DNA of 64,000 bases from the NCBI GenBank assembly GCA_041399045.1, contig JAWKTO010000016.1, positions 10,595 through 74,594 of the forward strand, given 5' to 3'. Below the pieces are notes generated by a model, which was not told the DNA's origin, did not search any database, and saw only the letters and a list, made by a program, of their open reading frames with translations. Origin of the DNA: Pirellulaceae bacterium (GTDB taxonomy: Bacteria; Planctomycetota; Planctomycetia; Pirellulales; Pirellulaceae). Of this stretch, positions 29,993 through 39,510 are shown one piece after another; position 1 is the stretch's first letter, and every line of letters begins with the position of its first letter. The position numbers were made by a program, and so were the translations under genes.

Positions 29993-30019
29993 TCACGCCA
30001 AGGTGCAAAGCCGCAAAGG
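29993..30019. repeat. partial inverted copy of the TTGCGGC...TTTGCGTGA repeat
   Basis: TCACGCCAAGGTGCAAAGCCGCAAAGG. Its reverse complement, CCTTTGCGGCTTTGCACCTTGGCGTGA, shares both ends with 29905..29930, giving an imperfect long-range inverted repeat with a spacer of about 60 nt. Confidence 0.45.
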
Positions 30020-30118
30020 AAAATTCGAAATGTCGACTTTTGAAAAACGAATCGTCGGCAGAATGAAAATTTATATGTGCGAAAAAAATGGGACGCGTGG
30101 GATGTGCCATGTCGGGTC

Positions 30119-30208
30119 GAGTTGCCCGTTCGTGAGGGGCACGGCGCATGCCGCCGGTATTGCTGGTTGGCTACTCAGACTCACTTGCTTGCGCTGCGGG
30201 CTGGTATT
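30119..30208 (+). repeat. 90-nt intergenic direct repeat, copy 2
   Basis: GAGTTGCCCGTTCGTGAGGGGCACGGCGCATGCCGCCGGTATTGCTGGTTGGCTACTCAGACTCACTTGCTTGCGCTGCGGGCTGGTATT. Three of the differences fall in the 4-nt loop of a local CGGC-nnnn-GCCG hairpin (acta versus gcat). Confidence 0.7.
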
Positions 30209-30656
30209 GGGAAGACAGAAGCTGCGAATTGGTAGCTGGGCAAACCGTTCGAATCAGGTCGCTGTAGCAAAAGATTCTCGTTGAAAATCTTGGTCACCGT
30301 GTCACAGATCAACTTTGTGGCTGTACAAGGTGTTGTTCTATGTTTTCGCGGGAGGTGTCAATGAAGAATCGGCCCAAATTGAATTCGAATCGTTCTAAAG
30401 TAAACCTTGAATCGTCGGATGAGAAAACTCGAAAAATTATCGAGCCATTGCCTGAAAATGAACACATTGACGATCCCATCTCGATCGAGTTGCCACCCGA
30501 TTTTGAAGAGACATCTCGAAACGATAAACGCCAATCCGCAAAGTAACCGTTGTGAGTTTTCAGTCGCTCCATGCGATACAATCGTACACAGTCGAGTGGT
30601 TACGCGATACGTGCGGTTTAATATTATTTGCACACCTTTTTATTCACCGTTGAAAC

Positions 30657-33236
30657 ATGAATGAGCCCAATGGTTTGCCTGGCGATCTGCCACCAGCACT
30701 GGATTCGCTGCAAGGTGACGAAAGCCCGATTACCAATGCGAGTGACGACGCAACTCTCAAGCCGACGGGGAACGGTCTGTTCGTAGGCGGCATTGGTGGA
30801 CTGCCCGAATTACCTGGATACCGGGTCGAAAAAAAATTAGGCCAAGGGGGAATGGGGGCTGTATTCCTGGCGATTGATGAGCAGTTGCATCGACCGGTCG
30901 CGATCAAAATGGTAACGCAGACGTTTCGCGACGGTGAACAAATCCGCGGGCGATTCGATGCCGAAATCAAAACCCTTGCCGGCCTGCAGCATACCCATAT
31001 TGCACAGCTGTATTCTACGGGCGAATACAAAGGCTTCCCCTTTTTCGTTATGGAGTTCGTTGATGGCAAAACATTAGAGGAAGCATCTTCAAAACCTTTG
31101 GCTTCTGCCGACGTTGTGCGTATCATGATTGACCTTTGCGACGCCGTTCATTTCTGCCATGAACGAGAGATTTTGCACCGCGACTTAAAGCCTGCCAATG
31201 TCTTGATGACCAAAGCGGGGAAACCAAAAATCGCAGACTTCGGTCTCGCCAAGATCATTGGCCAAGATTCTACAATGACCAAAACAGGTGAGATTCTGGG
31301 AACTCCCAGTTACATGGCTCCTGAACAGGCAAGTGGCGTTGTCAAGTCTATTGGCCCGACGTGCGACGTCTATGGCCTTGGGGCGATCATGTATCGGTTG
31401 TTAACTGGCCGACCTCCGTTTGTTACCGACGATCCATTTCAAACCGTCTTGCAAGTCCTCGCCAATGATCCGGTATCTCCCAGAAAGTTGAACAGCAATG
31501 TTTCGCGTGACCTCGAGACGATTTGTCTGAAATGCCTTGAAAAGAAACCCGCGCGTCGATACGCTTCTGCAAAATTAATGCAAGATGATCTGCGACGATT
31601 CCTGGACGGCCGAACTTTGGTCGCGCGACCGGCAGGATGGATGGAAAAGTCATGGAAGTGGGCCGTTCGCAATAAGGCTGCGTCGATTGCACTGTTGGCG
31701 ACTGGATTGGCGATTGTCGCGACGGTCGCTGGCCTTACCTGGCACAATCGTTTATTGGCCAATGAATTGGCCAGGTCGCGGCGACTTGCCGAGCACGGCA
31801 GCGAACTTTCCAATTGGCTGGTGTCCGACCACATGAACGACCTCGCTTTAATTTCAGGGACGGCAAATTCGCGGCACCACGTACTTGATCGCGTGAACGA
31901 GTACTTAAACGCCAGTTTTTCCGACATGCCACAGGAATCAAAATACACACGACGGCTTGGTTTTTCTTATTCCAACCTCGCAGACGTTGCCGGAGGATCG
32001 GATCACAACAATCTTGGAGACCTTGATGCCGCTGAGGAATTTTACGTGAAAGCTATTGAGCTTTTTCATGAGTCGGCCAGACAAGGTGATCAATCGCGGG
32101 AACTCAAACAATTGTTGACCGATGACTATCTGGCGCTGGTAAATGTTTACCACGAAAAACAGGACTCAGATAAAGCCAACAAATACTTTCAACTGGCCAA
32201 AGAACAAATCGCCACATTGAAACAAGACGATTGGCGTACCGCTCTCTTGCAAATTCAAATCTACGAACATGATGCGGAGGCGGCAGCTCTCGACAATGAT
32301 CATGAATCGGCATTGGGTTGGATCGACAAGTCGGAAGAGCTTCTTCCATTGCTCAAGGGTGATGAAGCGGCAGTGGAACTTGAGAATCAGAAAATTTGGA
32401 TCGCCACAAATCGTGGACTGAGTCATCAGGCGATGGGCGAATTGGATATTGCCCGTGACGAATTTGCCAAGGCCGTGGAGTTGGCAAAGGATTCACACGA
32501 TCGCGAGCCGTTAAATGCCCGAGCGGCGCGACGTTATTCATCAACGTTGGTACAGCTCGGTGACGTTGAGTTTTCGCTGGAACATCCCGAAGATGCACTT
32601 CAGCTCTACCAAACAGGGCTTGATATTGTCTCGGCACTTGCCGACAAAGACCCGGATAGCATTGAACTGGTCGCCAACAAGGCGCAGAAATTATCGCGCA
32701 TTTCCAGTGTTCATTCGTACACTGGTGATCTGGAAAATTCACTGAAAGCGATTCTTGAGGCGGTCGAAATCCACGAAGGTTTAGAAAGCCGAGGACTTTC
32801 AACGCTGTCGACCCGCAGAGACAACGCACTAAGTGTTTTGGCGGCTGCCGGTGTCTATGGCCAAATGCAAAATACTGAGATGGGGATGAAGCTACTCGAT
32901 CAACACCAAAAGCTGTGCGAACGACTTTTGGAACTCGATGACGATTCGGCTTTTGAGTGGAACCAATTGGCGGAAAATCATTTTTATCGTGCGGTTCAAC
33001 TCGTAGGAATTTGGGCAAATGCCGAGAGTGCCACCGACGACCCTCGCAAATCACCAGACTATTTGGCCATCATTAACGAATTGAACCATAGCCTTCGTTA
33101 TTTCAAAATGATCGAGGATCAGCAAGGGTTGACGTTCAATCAAGAGGGCTTTCGCGAACAGGTTCAAAGCGTCAAAAAAATAGTTGAGGATTCTGTCCAA
33201 CAAATCCCCTCGGCCGATGCGGATTCGAGTATCTGA
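30657..33236 (+). CDS. membrane Ser/Thr protein kinase with C-terminal TPR-like helical-repeat region
   Basis: 859-aa ORF. Kinase motifs GQGGMGAVFLA, VAIKMV, HRDLKPANVL, DFGLAK and APEQ are present. One TM helix (AASIALLATGLAIVATVAGLTW) is coded at about 31675..31742. A long helical repeat region follows (LGDLDAAEEFYVKAIELF, MGELDIARDEFAKAVEL, PEDALQLYQTGLDI ...). Confidence 0.9.
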   Translation: MNEPNGLPGDLPPALDSLQGDESPITNASDDATLKPTGNGLFVGGIGGLPELPGYRVEKKLGQGGMGAVFLAIDEQLHRPVAIKMVTQTFRDGEQIRGRFDAEIKTLAGLQHTHIAQLYSTGEYKGFPFFVMEFVDGKTLEEASSKPLASADVVRIMIDLCDAVHFCHEREILHRDLKPANVLMTKAGKPKIADFGLAKIIGQDSTMTKTGEILGTPSYMAPEQASGVVKSIGPTCDVYGLGAIMYRLLTGRPPFVTDDPFQTVLQVLANDPVSPRKLNSNVSRDLETICLKCLEKKPARRYASAKLMQDDLRRFLDGRTLVARPAGWMEKSWKWAVRNKAASIALLATGLAIVATVAGLTWHNRLLANELARSRRLAEHGSELSNWLVSDHMNDLALISGTANSRHHVLDRVNEYLNASFSDMPQESKYTRRLGFSYSNLADVAGGSDHNNLGDLDAAEEFYVKAIELFHESARQGDQSRELKQLLTDDYLALVNVYHEKQDSDKANKYFQLAKEQIATLKQDDWRTALLQIQIYEHDAEAAALDNDHESALGWIDKSEELLPLLKGDEAAVELENQKIWIATNRGLSHQAMGELDIARDEFAKAVELAKDSHDREPLNARAARRYSSTLVQLGDVEFSLEHPEDALQLYQTGLDIVSALADKDPDSIELVANKAQKLSRISSVHSYTGDLENSLKAILEAVEIHEGLESRGLSTLSTRRDNALSVLAAAGVYGQMQNTEMGMKLLDQHQKLCERLLELDDDSAFEWNQLAENHFYRAVQLVGIWANAESATDDPRKSPDYLAIINELNHSLRYFKMIEDQQGLTFNQEGFREQVQSVKKIVEDSVQQIPSADADSSI

Positions 33237-33352
33237 CGATCTACGATGGATGCTTAGTTGATTGCCAATGCAAATGCGTTCACAATAGATAGCATTCGCA
33301 AAACACCATAAGCGTGTTTTCCACCGACGGCAATTTCAATCAAGCGAAATCC

Positions 33353-34113
33353 ATGACATCGGACCAAGAACCCCAGAAGTCAGTCTCGATCTCGGCAACA
33401 TTCAAACGCAATGGAGCCTTGTACGGCAAGCATCAAGCGTCGATGATCGGAGCATCGGCTTCGGCGGCACGTCAGACGCTTGTCATGAAATATGCGTCAG
33501 CGATTCGTCCGGTTTGTTCAAGTCGTTGTAAAGAACCCGGATCAAGCCGATGAGTTGGCGCAAGACGCAATGGTTCGTCTGCTCAAAGGTGACTTTGCGG
33601 GTGCCGATCCCGGGCGCGGACGTTTTCGTGACCTGCTGAAGACGGCGATTCGCAACATGGCTCGCAACTATTGGTCCAAGGAAAATCGGCGAACGGGAGT
33701 TGACTATGATTTGTCGCTCGTTGACGGCGATGCTGACGATGTTTCGAGCGAATTGGATCGCGAATGGACCAATCGGTGGCGAGCTTGATGGCGATCGTTT
33801 GGGAGAAACTTAAAGTTGGGAGGCCTCACAAGCCGGTAGTGTCGCTTATCAGGTTCTGGAATTACGATCTGGAGTTTCCGGAAGATTCTTCAACGCAACT
33901 TGCCGAACGGCTTTCCCAGGCTGCCGGTCGAGAGATCAAAGCCGATACGACTCGCCAACAACTGCGACGTGCCCGCGTTCGGTTCGTCGAGTTTCTGGTT
34001 TCTGAAATCGCCGATGGACTTCAGAAGCGACGCCGGAATTGGTGAAAGAAGAATTGATCGCTTTGGGGTTATTTGAAAGCGTTCGCGATGTGTTGCCGGA
34101 AAAGTGGCAATAG
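33353..34113 (+). pseudogene. ECF-type sigma factor (kinase-associated type), about 5 frame breaks in 760 nt
   Basis: Pieces in alternating frames read MTSDQ...AARQTLVMKYASAIR / RFVQVVVKNPDQADELAQDAMVRLLKGDFAGADPGRGRFRDLLKTAIRNMARNYW...REWTNRWR / SLMAIVWEKLK / SWEASQAGSVAYQVLELR / LEFPEDSSTQLAERLSQAAGREIKADTTRQQLRRARVRFVEFLVSEIADGLQ / EATPELVKEELIALGLFESVRDVLPEKWQ*. The breaks lie near 33513, 33780, 33815, 33868 and 34026. Confidence 0.7.
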
Positions 34114-34153
34114 TTTCCGACTTTAAATTGTCTTGAGAAAGGGATGTCGAGGC

Positions 34154-35695
34154 ATGATCTGGATTATTGTCATTGCAATTGTGGTATTAATCATAGTTGC
34201 GGTCGCGTTGCACGATCTGTTCCAAAAGAAACATGCGATCCTGCGGAATTTTCCGTTGATTGGTCACGGTCGTTATCTGATCGAGAAACTCGGGCCAGAA
34301 TTGCGGCAATACATCGTTTCCCGAAACGACGAAGAGCGTCCGTTTAGTCGTGATCAACGCGGTTGGATTTATGCCTCCAGCAAGAAGGAAAACAACTACT
34401 CGGGATTTGGAACGGATAATGAGCTCGAACGCAGTGCCAATTACTTGATCATCAAACATTCGGTGTTTCCGATTACATCTCCCCTTCCCTCCTCGCCCGA
34501 ATACGACCCGAACTATACGTTGCCCTGTTCAAAAATCCTCGGCGGTCATCGCGATCGAAAACTGAAATTCCGTCCGTCATCGGTCATTAACATTTCGGGC
34601 ATGAGTTTTGGATCGTTGAGCGCGAATGCCGTGGAAGCACTTAATCGGGGCGCCGCGATTTGTGGTTGTCTGCAAAGTACTGGGGAGGGCTCCATTTCTC
34701 CCTATCATGATCATGGCGGCGAACTTGTCTGGCAGTTAGGAACGGGGTACTTTGGTTGCCGCGCCGACGATGGTGGGTTTTCCATCGAACGATTTCAAAA
34801 GACGCTCGAGCGCTATCCTCAAGTGCGAGCAATCGAGGTCAAGCTCAGTCAAGGAGCAAAACCCGGTGCGGGTGGATTGTTGCCCAAGAAAAAAATCACG
34901 CAAGAGATCTCGGAAATTCGCGGAATACCCATGGATCGTGATTGTGCGTCGCCCGCTGCTCATTCGGCGTTTCGAAATGCCGATGAACTTTTGGATTTCG
35001 TCGAAAAACTTGCAGATGTTTCCGGACGGCCCGTGGGAATCAAAAGTGCCGTTGGACAAATGGAGTTCTGGGATGAGCTAGTTGAACGCATGTCAAATGG
35101 ACAACGCGCCGTTGACTTCGTGACTATTGATGGAGGAGAAGGTGGAACGGGGGCGGCCCCACTGGCTTTTGCGGATTACGTCGCCCTTCCATTCAAAAAA
35201 GGATTTTCAAGGGTGTACCGGAAATTTCACGATGCCGGATTACATGAACGCATTGTGTTTGTTGGAAGCGGCAAGCTGGGGTTCCCCGAGCAGGCGCTAA
35301 TGGCGTTTGCCTTGGGAGTCGACATGATCAATATTGCCCGTGAGGCCATGCTATCGATTGGATGCATCCAGGCGCAAAGCTGTCACACCAACTTTTGCCC
35401 GTCCGGAGTGGCGACACAGAACAAGTGGTTGATGCGCGGGCTTGACCCTTCGCTGAAATCCGCTCGAGCTGCCAATTACATCACCACACTGCGAAAAGAA
35501 ATTATCGCTCTTTGCCATGCCTGTGGGGTCGAGCATCCAGCTTTGATTTCATTGGAGCATCTCGAGTTGATTGACGACCGTTTCGGCTCGCGAGAATTTG
35601 CTGATGTATTTGGTTATCAATCGATACGCCGCACGCCTCAGAGCGCGGACATCGACGAGTGCATTGCCATCATGAGGTCTGGTCAGGGGAATTGA
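34154..35695 (+). CDS. FMN-binding glutamate synthase family protein (GltB domain-2-like oxidoreductase) with N-terminal TM helix
   Basis: ORF 34133..35695, likely start ATG 34154 (MIWIIVIAIVVLIIVAVAL). The motifs ISGMSFGSLSANAVEALNRGAA, IEVKLSQGAKPGAGGLLP and IDGGEGGTGAAP are typical of the Glu_synthase FMN domain. Confidence 0.85.
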   Translation: MIWIIVIAIVVLIIVAVALHDLFQKKHAILRNFPLIGHGRYLIEKLGPELRQYIVSRNDEERPFSRDQRGWIYASSKKENNYSGFGTDNELERSANYLIIKHSVFPITSPLPSSPEYDPNYTLPCSKILGGHRDRKLKFRPSSVINISGMSFGSLSANAVEALNRGAAICGCLQSTGEGSISPYHDHGGELVWQLGTGYFGCRADDGGFSIERFQKTLERYPQVRAIEVKLSQGAKPGAGGLLPKKKITQEISEIRGIPMDRDCASPAAHSAFRNADELLDFVEKLADVSGRPVGIKSAVGQMEFWDELVERMSNGQRAVDFVTIDGGEGGTGAAPLAFADYVALPFKKGFSRVYRKFHDAGLHERIVFVGSGKLGFPEQALMAFALGVDMINIAREAMLSIGCIQAQSCHTNFCPSGVATQNKWLMRGLDPSLKSARAANYITTLRKEIIALCHACGVEHPALISLEHLELIDDRFGSREFADVFGYQSIRRTPQSADIDECIAIMRSGQGN

Positions 35696-35745
35696 AGTCC
35701 TGGGATTTACCGACGGCGAACCGGTTTTGAAGACATTTTTGTTAA

Positions 35746-36204
35746 TCAATTCTCTTCTGCCAATTCAACGACTAGCTCAACCTCGTTGGCCTTCTCTTCA
35801 ACGACAAGTTTGAGCGGCGAGGTGTTGTAGTCATTGTATTTTCTGTGAACATGGCCGCCATGATCGTGGCCTCCCACGGGTTCGATATAACTCACAATCA
35901 ACTGTCGAACAGTTACACGATGTTCGCCAGCAATGGCACCATCACCAGGATTGACGGTTGACAGCACGAAGGTTCCATCTCTCTCAATCTTTCCACTTGC
36001 CGTCCACTCGGAGCCAGGCATACCAATTTCGACTGTCCCCGTTTTTACAAGCTCGCCGTTTGGGAAACGAACAACGCCCTTTACCGGAAACCGTTTGGGG
36101 TAGCCATCGCTACAACCGCAAGTAATCGCGAGGAATAAACAGCAGATGGACGTTGCAATGTTACACTGAAATGTCGAGATCGATAGAAACATTGGGTAAA
36201 TCAA
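35746..36204 (-). CDS. small lipoprotein with carboxypeptidase-regulatory-like beta-sandwich and His-rich segment; partner of the upstream DUF1559 gene
   Basis: Lipobox LFLAITCGC|SDG. The pattern PVKGVVRFPNGELVKTGTVEI...GKIERDGTFVLST...GEHRVTV resembles the CarboxypepD_reg fold. It carries the motif GGHDHGGHVH and lies 14 nt downstream of the DUF1559 gene. Confidence 0.55.
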   Translation of the reverse strand: MIYPMFLSISTFQCNIATSICCLFLAITCGCSDGYPKRFPVKGVVRFPNGELVKTGTVEIGMPGSEWTASGKIERDGTFVLSTVNPGDGAIAGEHRVTVRQLIVSYIEPVGGHDHGGHVHRKYNDYNTSPLKLVVEEKANEVELVVELAEEN

Positions 36205-36218
36205 AGTGTCAGTTCAAA

Positions 36219-37211
36219 CTATAGCCAATCATGCGAAACGACTTGTCCGTCATTTCGGACACTCAAACGGCGCAACAATTCTGGATCGACAAAAACGGGA
36301 ATGGATTGGGTGCTGCCATCTGCAAGTACAAAATTGCAAACGGTTGCATGCCAACTCCCCCATTGGAAAAAACTGGTGGGTGACACGTCGTGCATGTTGC
36401 GGGTGATAGGAACGCCTGGACCGCCAATTCTCGCGATTGACGGAAATTCATAACCGGAGTATATGGGCGCGTCCGTTGGCGGAACTTTCAATTGCGTGAT
36501 GGGCTTATGGGCCTCGCCTGCCAGAATCGTATTCGATGATCCGTCAATGATATCCTTGATTGCAATTTTATTACCCCAGTGAGTCGGTCCCGTAGCGGGA
36601 TCGCCATAGGCCGGGCAGGTGATGAGTACCCCGGTTCCCATGCCAGGCTGATAAAAGTCAGTAGCTGCACCGACTGCACCCGGTGAAAGGTCTCCTGCGT
36701 TTCCGGCGTAATCTCCCAATGCACCGCTATCGATCAAACGGGTTCCTCCCGGGCATCCGCATGGCAATGAAATCGTCACCTCGATTGGCTCGCCAACTCC
36801 GTCGGATGCAGAACGTCGTTCCGGGCAAAAGAAAAATGGAACCGGCGTATTCTTGGCGATTGAGTTTTGATCTTCGAATTTCTTCTTGATGTCCCATTCA
36901 TCATAAAGCGGCTGTTGTTCCAAATGGGGAAGAATGCGTACAAACCAAGATCCGTAGCTGACAGGTGCATTAGTCATTTCTTCGTATGTTCCGGGCAATG
37001 GCCCCAACCTCGCTGGCGGAAACGCATTCATCGCCGAATGAAAGTTCTGGCATGCCATTCCAATCTGTCGTAAATGGTTAAGACATTGTGTGCGTCGCGC
37101 GGCAGCACGAACCGATTGGACCGCTGGCATAAGCATGCCCACCAAAATCCCTATGATTGCAATCACAACCAATAGCTCGATCAATGTGAATGCGTTGCGG
37201 CCGAAAGACAT
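36219..37211 (-). CDS. DUF1559 domain protein (type IV pilin-like N-terminus, H-X9-DG C-terminal motif)
   Basis: ORF 36219..37286, likely start ATG 37211 ([51 protein letters not shown]). The C-terminal [15 protein letters not shown] is H-X9-DG. Confidence 0.85.
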   Translation of the reverse strand: MSFGRNAFTLIELLVVIAIIGILVGMLMPAVQSVRAAARRTQCLNHLRQIGMACQNFHSAMNAFPPARLGPLPGTYEEMTNAPVSYGSWFVRILPHLEQQPLYDEWDIKKKFEDQNSIAKNTPVPFFFCPERRSASDGVGEPIEVTISLPCGCPGGTRLIDSGALGDYAGNAGDLSPGAVGAATDFYQPGMGTGVLITCPAYGDPATGPTHWGNKIAIKDIIDGSSNTILAGEAHKPITQLKVPPTDAPIYSGYEFPSIARIGGPGVPITRNMHDVSPTSFFQWGSWHATVCNFVLADGSTQSIPVFVDPELLRRLSVRNDGQVVSHDWL

Positions 37212-37425
37212 GGAATTCCTGTTTGGTAGCGAGCAAGATGGCTTGATACTAAGTGTCATGAAGATCGCCTTGTTTGTTGAATGCAAGTTCAGCGGAACTA
37301 ATCCTTACTTCACCATTAAATACAAAAATCTCTTGTCGAGAATGAGACTATCAATGTCAACGATTCGAGGTTCGATTAGTCAGGTGTTTTCGAATGTGCT
37401 GACGAAAAACTCCGAACTTTCGATC

Positions 37426-37454
37426 TTGACAGTCGTATATTTACAGTGATACTA
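37426..37454 (+). promoter_or_regulatory. candidate sigma70-type promoter for the Cys/His-rich / DUF1559 / PEP-CTERM transcription unit
   Basis: TTGACA (37426..37431), a 16-nt spacer, then GATACT (37448..37453), about 40 nt upstream of ATG 37495. This is pattern match only, and planctomycetal promoter consensus is poorly defined. Confidence 0.2.
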
Positions 37455-37494
37455 GTCGAGTCGGACCGCTGGAAGTCACATTTTTCCGGCAGTT

Positions 37495-38079
37495 ATGTTT
37501 CAGAATTCTTATCTCAGATTGATCCTCACGGGATACTTGGTTCTCTTTTTGAACCTTGCTCCCTACGTGCATCATGCAGAAGTATTTGGCTTGCATGTGC
37601 ATCGCGACTCCGTGGGAGGTTCTTCCTGTTGCGACTGCCCGCCGCCTTGTACAGATGTCCATATTTCGGCCAATTCTGCCCGGTCATCGCATGACAATTC
37701 CCAAAAAGTGGCCACGAAATGCGACGTACGGCATCGTGATTGTTGTGGGCAAAGTCACTCAATGGACTCTGCACCATGCCACACTGGCTCTGCACCATGC
37801 CACACTGGCGTGGATGAGCATTCTTGCGAACTTGCGAATGCCATTACACCTGAGAATAACGGTGTTGAGTGCGTAAGTTCTAGCGCCGACTGTAATTGCC
37901 ACGATTGTCAGATTTGCAAGTTCTTCAAGCATACGTCTTTGCTGAATTTCAGTCAGGAAACACTTGAAGCTTCTTCGTTCGTTGAAGGTGTTGTCCGGCC
38001 TGACGCCACTTTCAAAGCCAGCGCATCGGTTTCTGCAAAAGCTCGAGCCCCTCCATCTCTATTTCGCGAACTCCTCTGA
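37495..38079 (+). CDS. Cys/His-rich hypothetical envelope protein
   Basis: 194-aa ORF with an N-terminal hydrophobic helix (LRLILTGYLVLFLNLAPYVHHA). It is followed by HVHRDS..SSCCDCPPPCTDVH...RHRDCCGQSH..SAPCHTGSAPCHTG..HSCE...CNCHDCQICKFF. I recognise no family. Confidence 0.5.
   Translation: MFQNSYLRLILTGYLVLFLNLAPYVHHAEVFGLHVHRDSVGGSSCCDCPPPCTDVHISANSARSSHDNSQKVATKCDVRHRDCCGQSHSMDSAPCHTGSAPCHTGVDEHSCELANAITPENNGVECVSSSADCNCHDCQICKFFKHTSLLNFSQETLEASSFVEGVVRPDATFKASASVSAKARAPPSLFRELL
37767..37808 (+). repeat. perfect 21-bp tandem duplication inside the Cys/His-rich gene
   Basis: CTCTGCACCATGCCACACTGG at 37767..37787 is repeated exactly at 37788..37808. It is in frame and duplicates the heptapeptide SAPCHTG. 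Confidence 0.9.
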
Positions 38080-38410
38080 GTTTGAATCGGTATTCCCGTT
38101 TGCATGTGCGCGCTGCCGTCTAGTCATGAGCTGACTGGATGTGCATCTAATGGGTGTCAGTGCATTCCTGAGGGAGTCCTTGAGGCCAAGCTGTCAGGGG
38201 ATTTCGACACTTCACTCGAATTTTGTTTGCTGTTTCGCAAATTCTGTATTAGTTGCTTGGTCTTTAAAAATGTCCGCCGTGGTCGATGCGGCGACATTCT
38301 AGCGGTCCGACTACCAGACGAATGCGTTGGGATCGTTCCGCGGCGGATTTTCTTGTTGTCCGAGCAAGTACTCAATCAAATTTAACGGGAATGATTCCAA
38401 GGTTCCTAAA

Positions 38411-39493
38411 ATGAGACTCACGTCAAAAAGCGGATTTACATTAATTGAGTTGTTGGTGGTGATCGCCATTATTGGCATTCTCGTTGGAATGCTGTTGCCG
38501 GCAGTTCAGATGGTTCGGGAGGCGGCAAGACGCACAAGTTGCTCGAACAACCTTCGGCAACTTGCGTTGGCAGTTCACAGTCATGAGTCAGCCATTGGTC
38601 GGTTCCCGGTTAATCAGGTGGGACCAGGGCAACTTATTTCAAGTGGCAACTATGGATCCGGGTATTACAGTTGGATGGTTCGCTTGTTGCCATATATCGA
38701 ACAACAGCCGTTATACGATTCGTTTAATTTGGACGTGAACAACGGTGACGGTAGCGGCTACAAGGTTGGTGCGACGCATGTCAACGCAACCGCAGTTAAC
38801 ACTGTTGTTCCAACCCTACTGTGTCCATCAGATATTCCAAATTTTTCCAATGCCATAGTTTTAGGTGACGCTAATCCGGCTCCCGGCAGTTATGTCGGTA
38901 ACATCGGTTGGCCCTCACATTCAACCGGAATCAGCGGCGAACGCTCCGTTCCAGGAAAATTCAATGGCGTTATGCCATTGGTACGACCGAATTCGCCGGT
39001 TGCTTGGCACGGATCCTCCAGTGTCCGAATGCGCGATGTTCTCGACGGAACGTCGAACACGGCCATGTTGTCGGAACGCTTGATTCAGACGGGGAACAGT
39101 AGCGCTGAGATCACGAATGGTGATATTCGATTGAGATCCCTTCATATTCTCTCGCGCGACGAGACACAACAAGAAATCGTTGATCAGCTTTCGGCATCCC
39201 ATGCCCACGTCTTTGAATCGGCTCACATTGGAAGGTCTTGGTCCAGTGGATCGCCTTTGGTAGCTCCTATGTATATGCATGTGAATCATCCGAATGGAAA
39301 AATCGGTCATTACACCGATACCAGCATGAGCGAAGGCGACTTCGTTGTGGGGGCAAGCAGCCGACACCCAATGGGTGTAAATGTTGCTATGGTCGATGGT
39401 GCAATTGTATTTGTTTCTGATTCTGTGGATTTAGTGGCGTGGTGGCTCGTCGGTAGTCGGGACGACGGCCGCATCGCCAATTTGTTTGATTAA
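38411..39493 (+). CDS. DUF1559 domain protein (type IV pilin-like N-terminus, H-X9-DG motif)
   Basis: ORF 38327..39493, likely start ATG 38411 ([52 protein letters not shown]). The C-terminal SRHPMGVNVAMVDGA is H-X9-DG. Confidence 0.85.
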   Translation: MRLTSKSGFTLIELLVVIAIIGILVGMLLPAVQMVREAARRTSCSNNLRQLALAVHSHESAIGRFPVNQVGPGQLISSGNYGSGYYSWMVRLLPYIEQQPLYDSFNLDVNNGDGSGYKVGATHVNATAVNTVVPTLLCPSDIPNFSNAIVLGDANPAPGSYVGNIGWPSHSTGISGERSVPGKFNGVMPLVRPNSPVAWHGSSSVRMRDVLDGTSNTAMLSERLIQTGNSSAEITNGDIRLRSLHILSRDETQQEIVDQLSASHAHVFESAHIGRSWSSGSPLVAPMYMHVNHPNGKIGHYTDTSMSEGDFVVGASSRHPMGVNVAMVDGAIVFVSDSVDLVAWWLVGSRDDGRIANLFD

Positions 39494-39510
39494 CTTTTGG
39501 GAGATTATTC

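Noticed and set aside
29779-30208. Insertion sequence or composite transposon bounded by the 90-nt repeats
   Set aside because: The repeats are direct rather than inverted. The 250 nt between them encodes no transposase. No target-site duplication is evident.
29740-30284. ORFs 29740..30066, 29792..29983 and 29988..30284 (+) and 29719..29970 (-) upstream of the second kinase
   Set aside because: Their most conserved parts (AAGIAGWLLRLTCLRCGL) are simply the translated 90-nt direct repeat. The frames overlap each other and none has a start context.
30340-30546. 68-aa acidic ORF 110 nt upstream of the kinase-TPR gene
   Set aside because: It may be a real small protein, but there is no motif, no visible ribosome-binding context, and I cannot test conservation. 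The support is too weak to annotate.
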